From: Mizuhopecten yessoensis
Taxonomy: Eukaryota
Length of the DNA: 64,000 bases
Assembly (NCBI RefSeq): GCF_002113885.1
Contig: NW_018406552.1
Span: 698,308-762,307, forward strand
Direction: 5' to 3'
The position numbers and the translations under genes were made by a program. Under the pieces are notes generated by a model, which saw nothing but the letters and a program-made list of their open reading frames with translations, had not been told where the DNA came from and made no database searches. This document shows positions 62,903-64,000 of this stretch, piece by piece. Each line of letters opens with the position of its first letter. Positions within the stretch are counted from its first letter, which is position 1.

Positions 62903-64000
62903 ATGAAAAAAGGGATTATCATTGCTTCCAACGTTTTTTATTAGACGTGGACTTCATCACATTTTGCATTTCTATTTGCATTAATCAAGATGTATATTTG
63001 CCAAGGCAATAAACAAAACATTAGTCTAGTAAGCAATTCTATAATTGTTGATAACAAATATGAATTTCAGATAACTGGAATATGGTTTACAATTTTGTTA
63101 ATTTCTCATTTATATGCATGTAGAGATTCTCAGAAGTTTTTATTGAAGTTCCCGAAATCTCAAATCATAAAAAATGTTGTCAATGCTTCAAAACTAAACA
63201 AATATTTTTGTAATAAATAATTTCTCTAATACGTTGTTGTTTTATCTATATCACAAGCGGAGGCTAAGTCGGTAGGTAACCACCTTACTACTATTTTGAC
63301 GTAATACGGAACAAAGTAATAACTTAACAAAAATATAGCAGAGACCGAAATGTTTTTGCTTTATTTGGATTCTAGATACAATTATTAAAAACAAAAAAAC
63401 ACTAAACCTTTTATAAAAGGATCTTCATCTTATCACTGTGTACTTTTTTGAGATAATATATTCCTATATAGCGATTTAATGTTTATGGTTATTTGCTCAT
63501 ATAAAATACAATTTATTTTCTTAGAGTGTTGTCTCCAAATTCTAGAAGTCTTTCAAATAAATGAGAGAAAAGTTTGCTCAATATTTAGGAGAAAGAATTT
63601 ATTGTGTTCATTGTATACGATAAGAATTGTTTTCGAACAATTTTATATAGCCGTCATATTCAATGGTCCTGTAATTACTTTCATAGAATGAAAGTATAAT
63701 TTCCTTTTGGCAATTTAATTTGGAAATACAGTAAAAAAAGTTAATTTGAAATTCCTTTCGGCGCATTTAAATGGCAAAATATAAACGACAAAAGAATACT
63801 GAAATTTGAACTTAATGCGTTCTGAAATGGTCAGCGTCTTCTGCTCCACCAACAAAAGTTTGATCTTCATATCACACAAAGATATAGAATACGGAAATAA
63901 AATATTTAAAACAAAAGATTGACTTGAAAATACTCTTGAGTATACCGTGTATTTATCGATATGAAGGAGATAGTAGCAAAATTAGAACCAGGAACGTATT

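Overview
AT-rich, intron-containing animal genomic DNA. The repeat content (pearl/Helentron-like element, tRNA-derived SINEs, Penelope relics) is most consistent with a mollusc, probably a bivalve (inference). Five spliced protein-coding genes can be reconstructed by hand with GT-AG junctions and consistent phases. (1) The 5' part of MTMR9 on the minus strand: 7 coding exons, running off the left edge. (2,3) Two tandem, 9-exon, ~1060-1070 aa CILP-like genes on the plus strand. Each has an N-terminal type II membrane anchor, TSP1, a carboxypeptidase-regulatory-like beta domain, Ig, a Cys-rich domain and the CILP C-terminal region. (4) A minus-strand 415 aa secreted protein made only of signal peptide, a short propeptide and the CILP C-terminal fragment. 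(5) A plus-strand ~405 aa secreted protein with signal peptide, furin site, four exon-encoded EGF repeats and only the last half of the CILP C-terminal region. All four CILP-family genes share the last two introns (phase 0 and phase 2) and carry a proprotein-convertase-type site upstream of the C-terminal module (RKLL, RRLL, RALL, RIRR). The most interesting object is this four-gene cluster, which appears to deliver one conserved C-terminal module in three different formats. The rest is intronic and intergenic DNA with MITEs, SINEs, retroelement relics, a local ~1.7-1.9 kb tandem triplication, mini/microsatellites and one assembly gap. Protein family assignments come from my recall of the vertebrate sequences, not from database searches.
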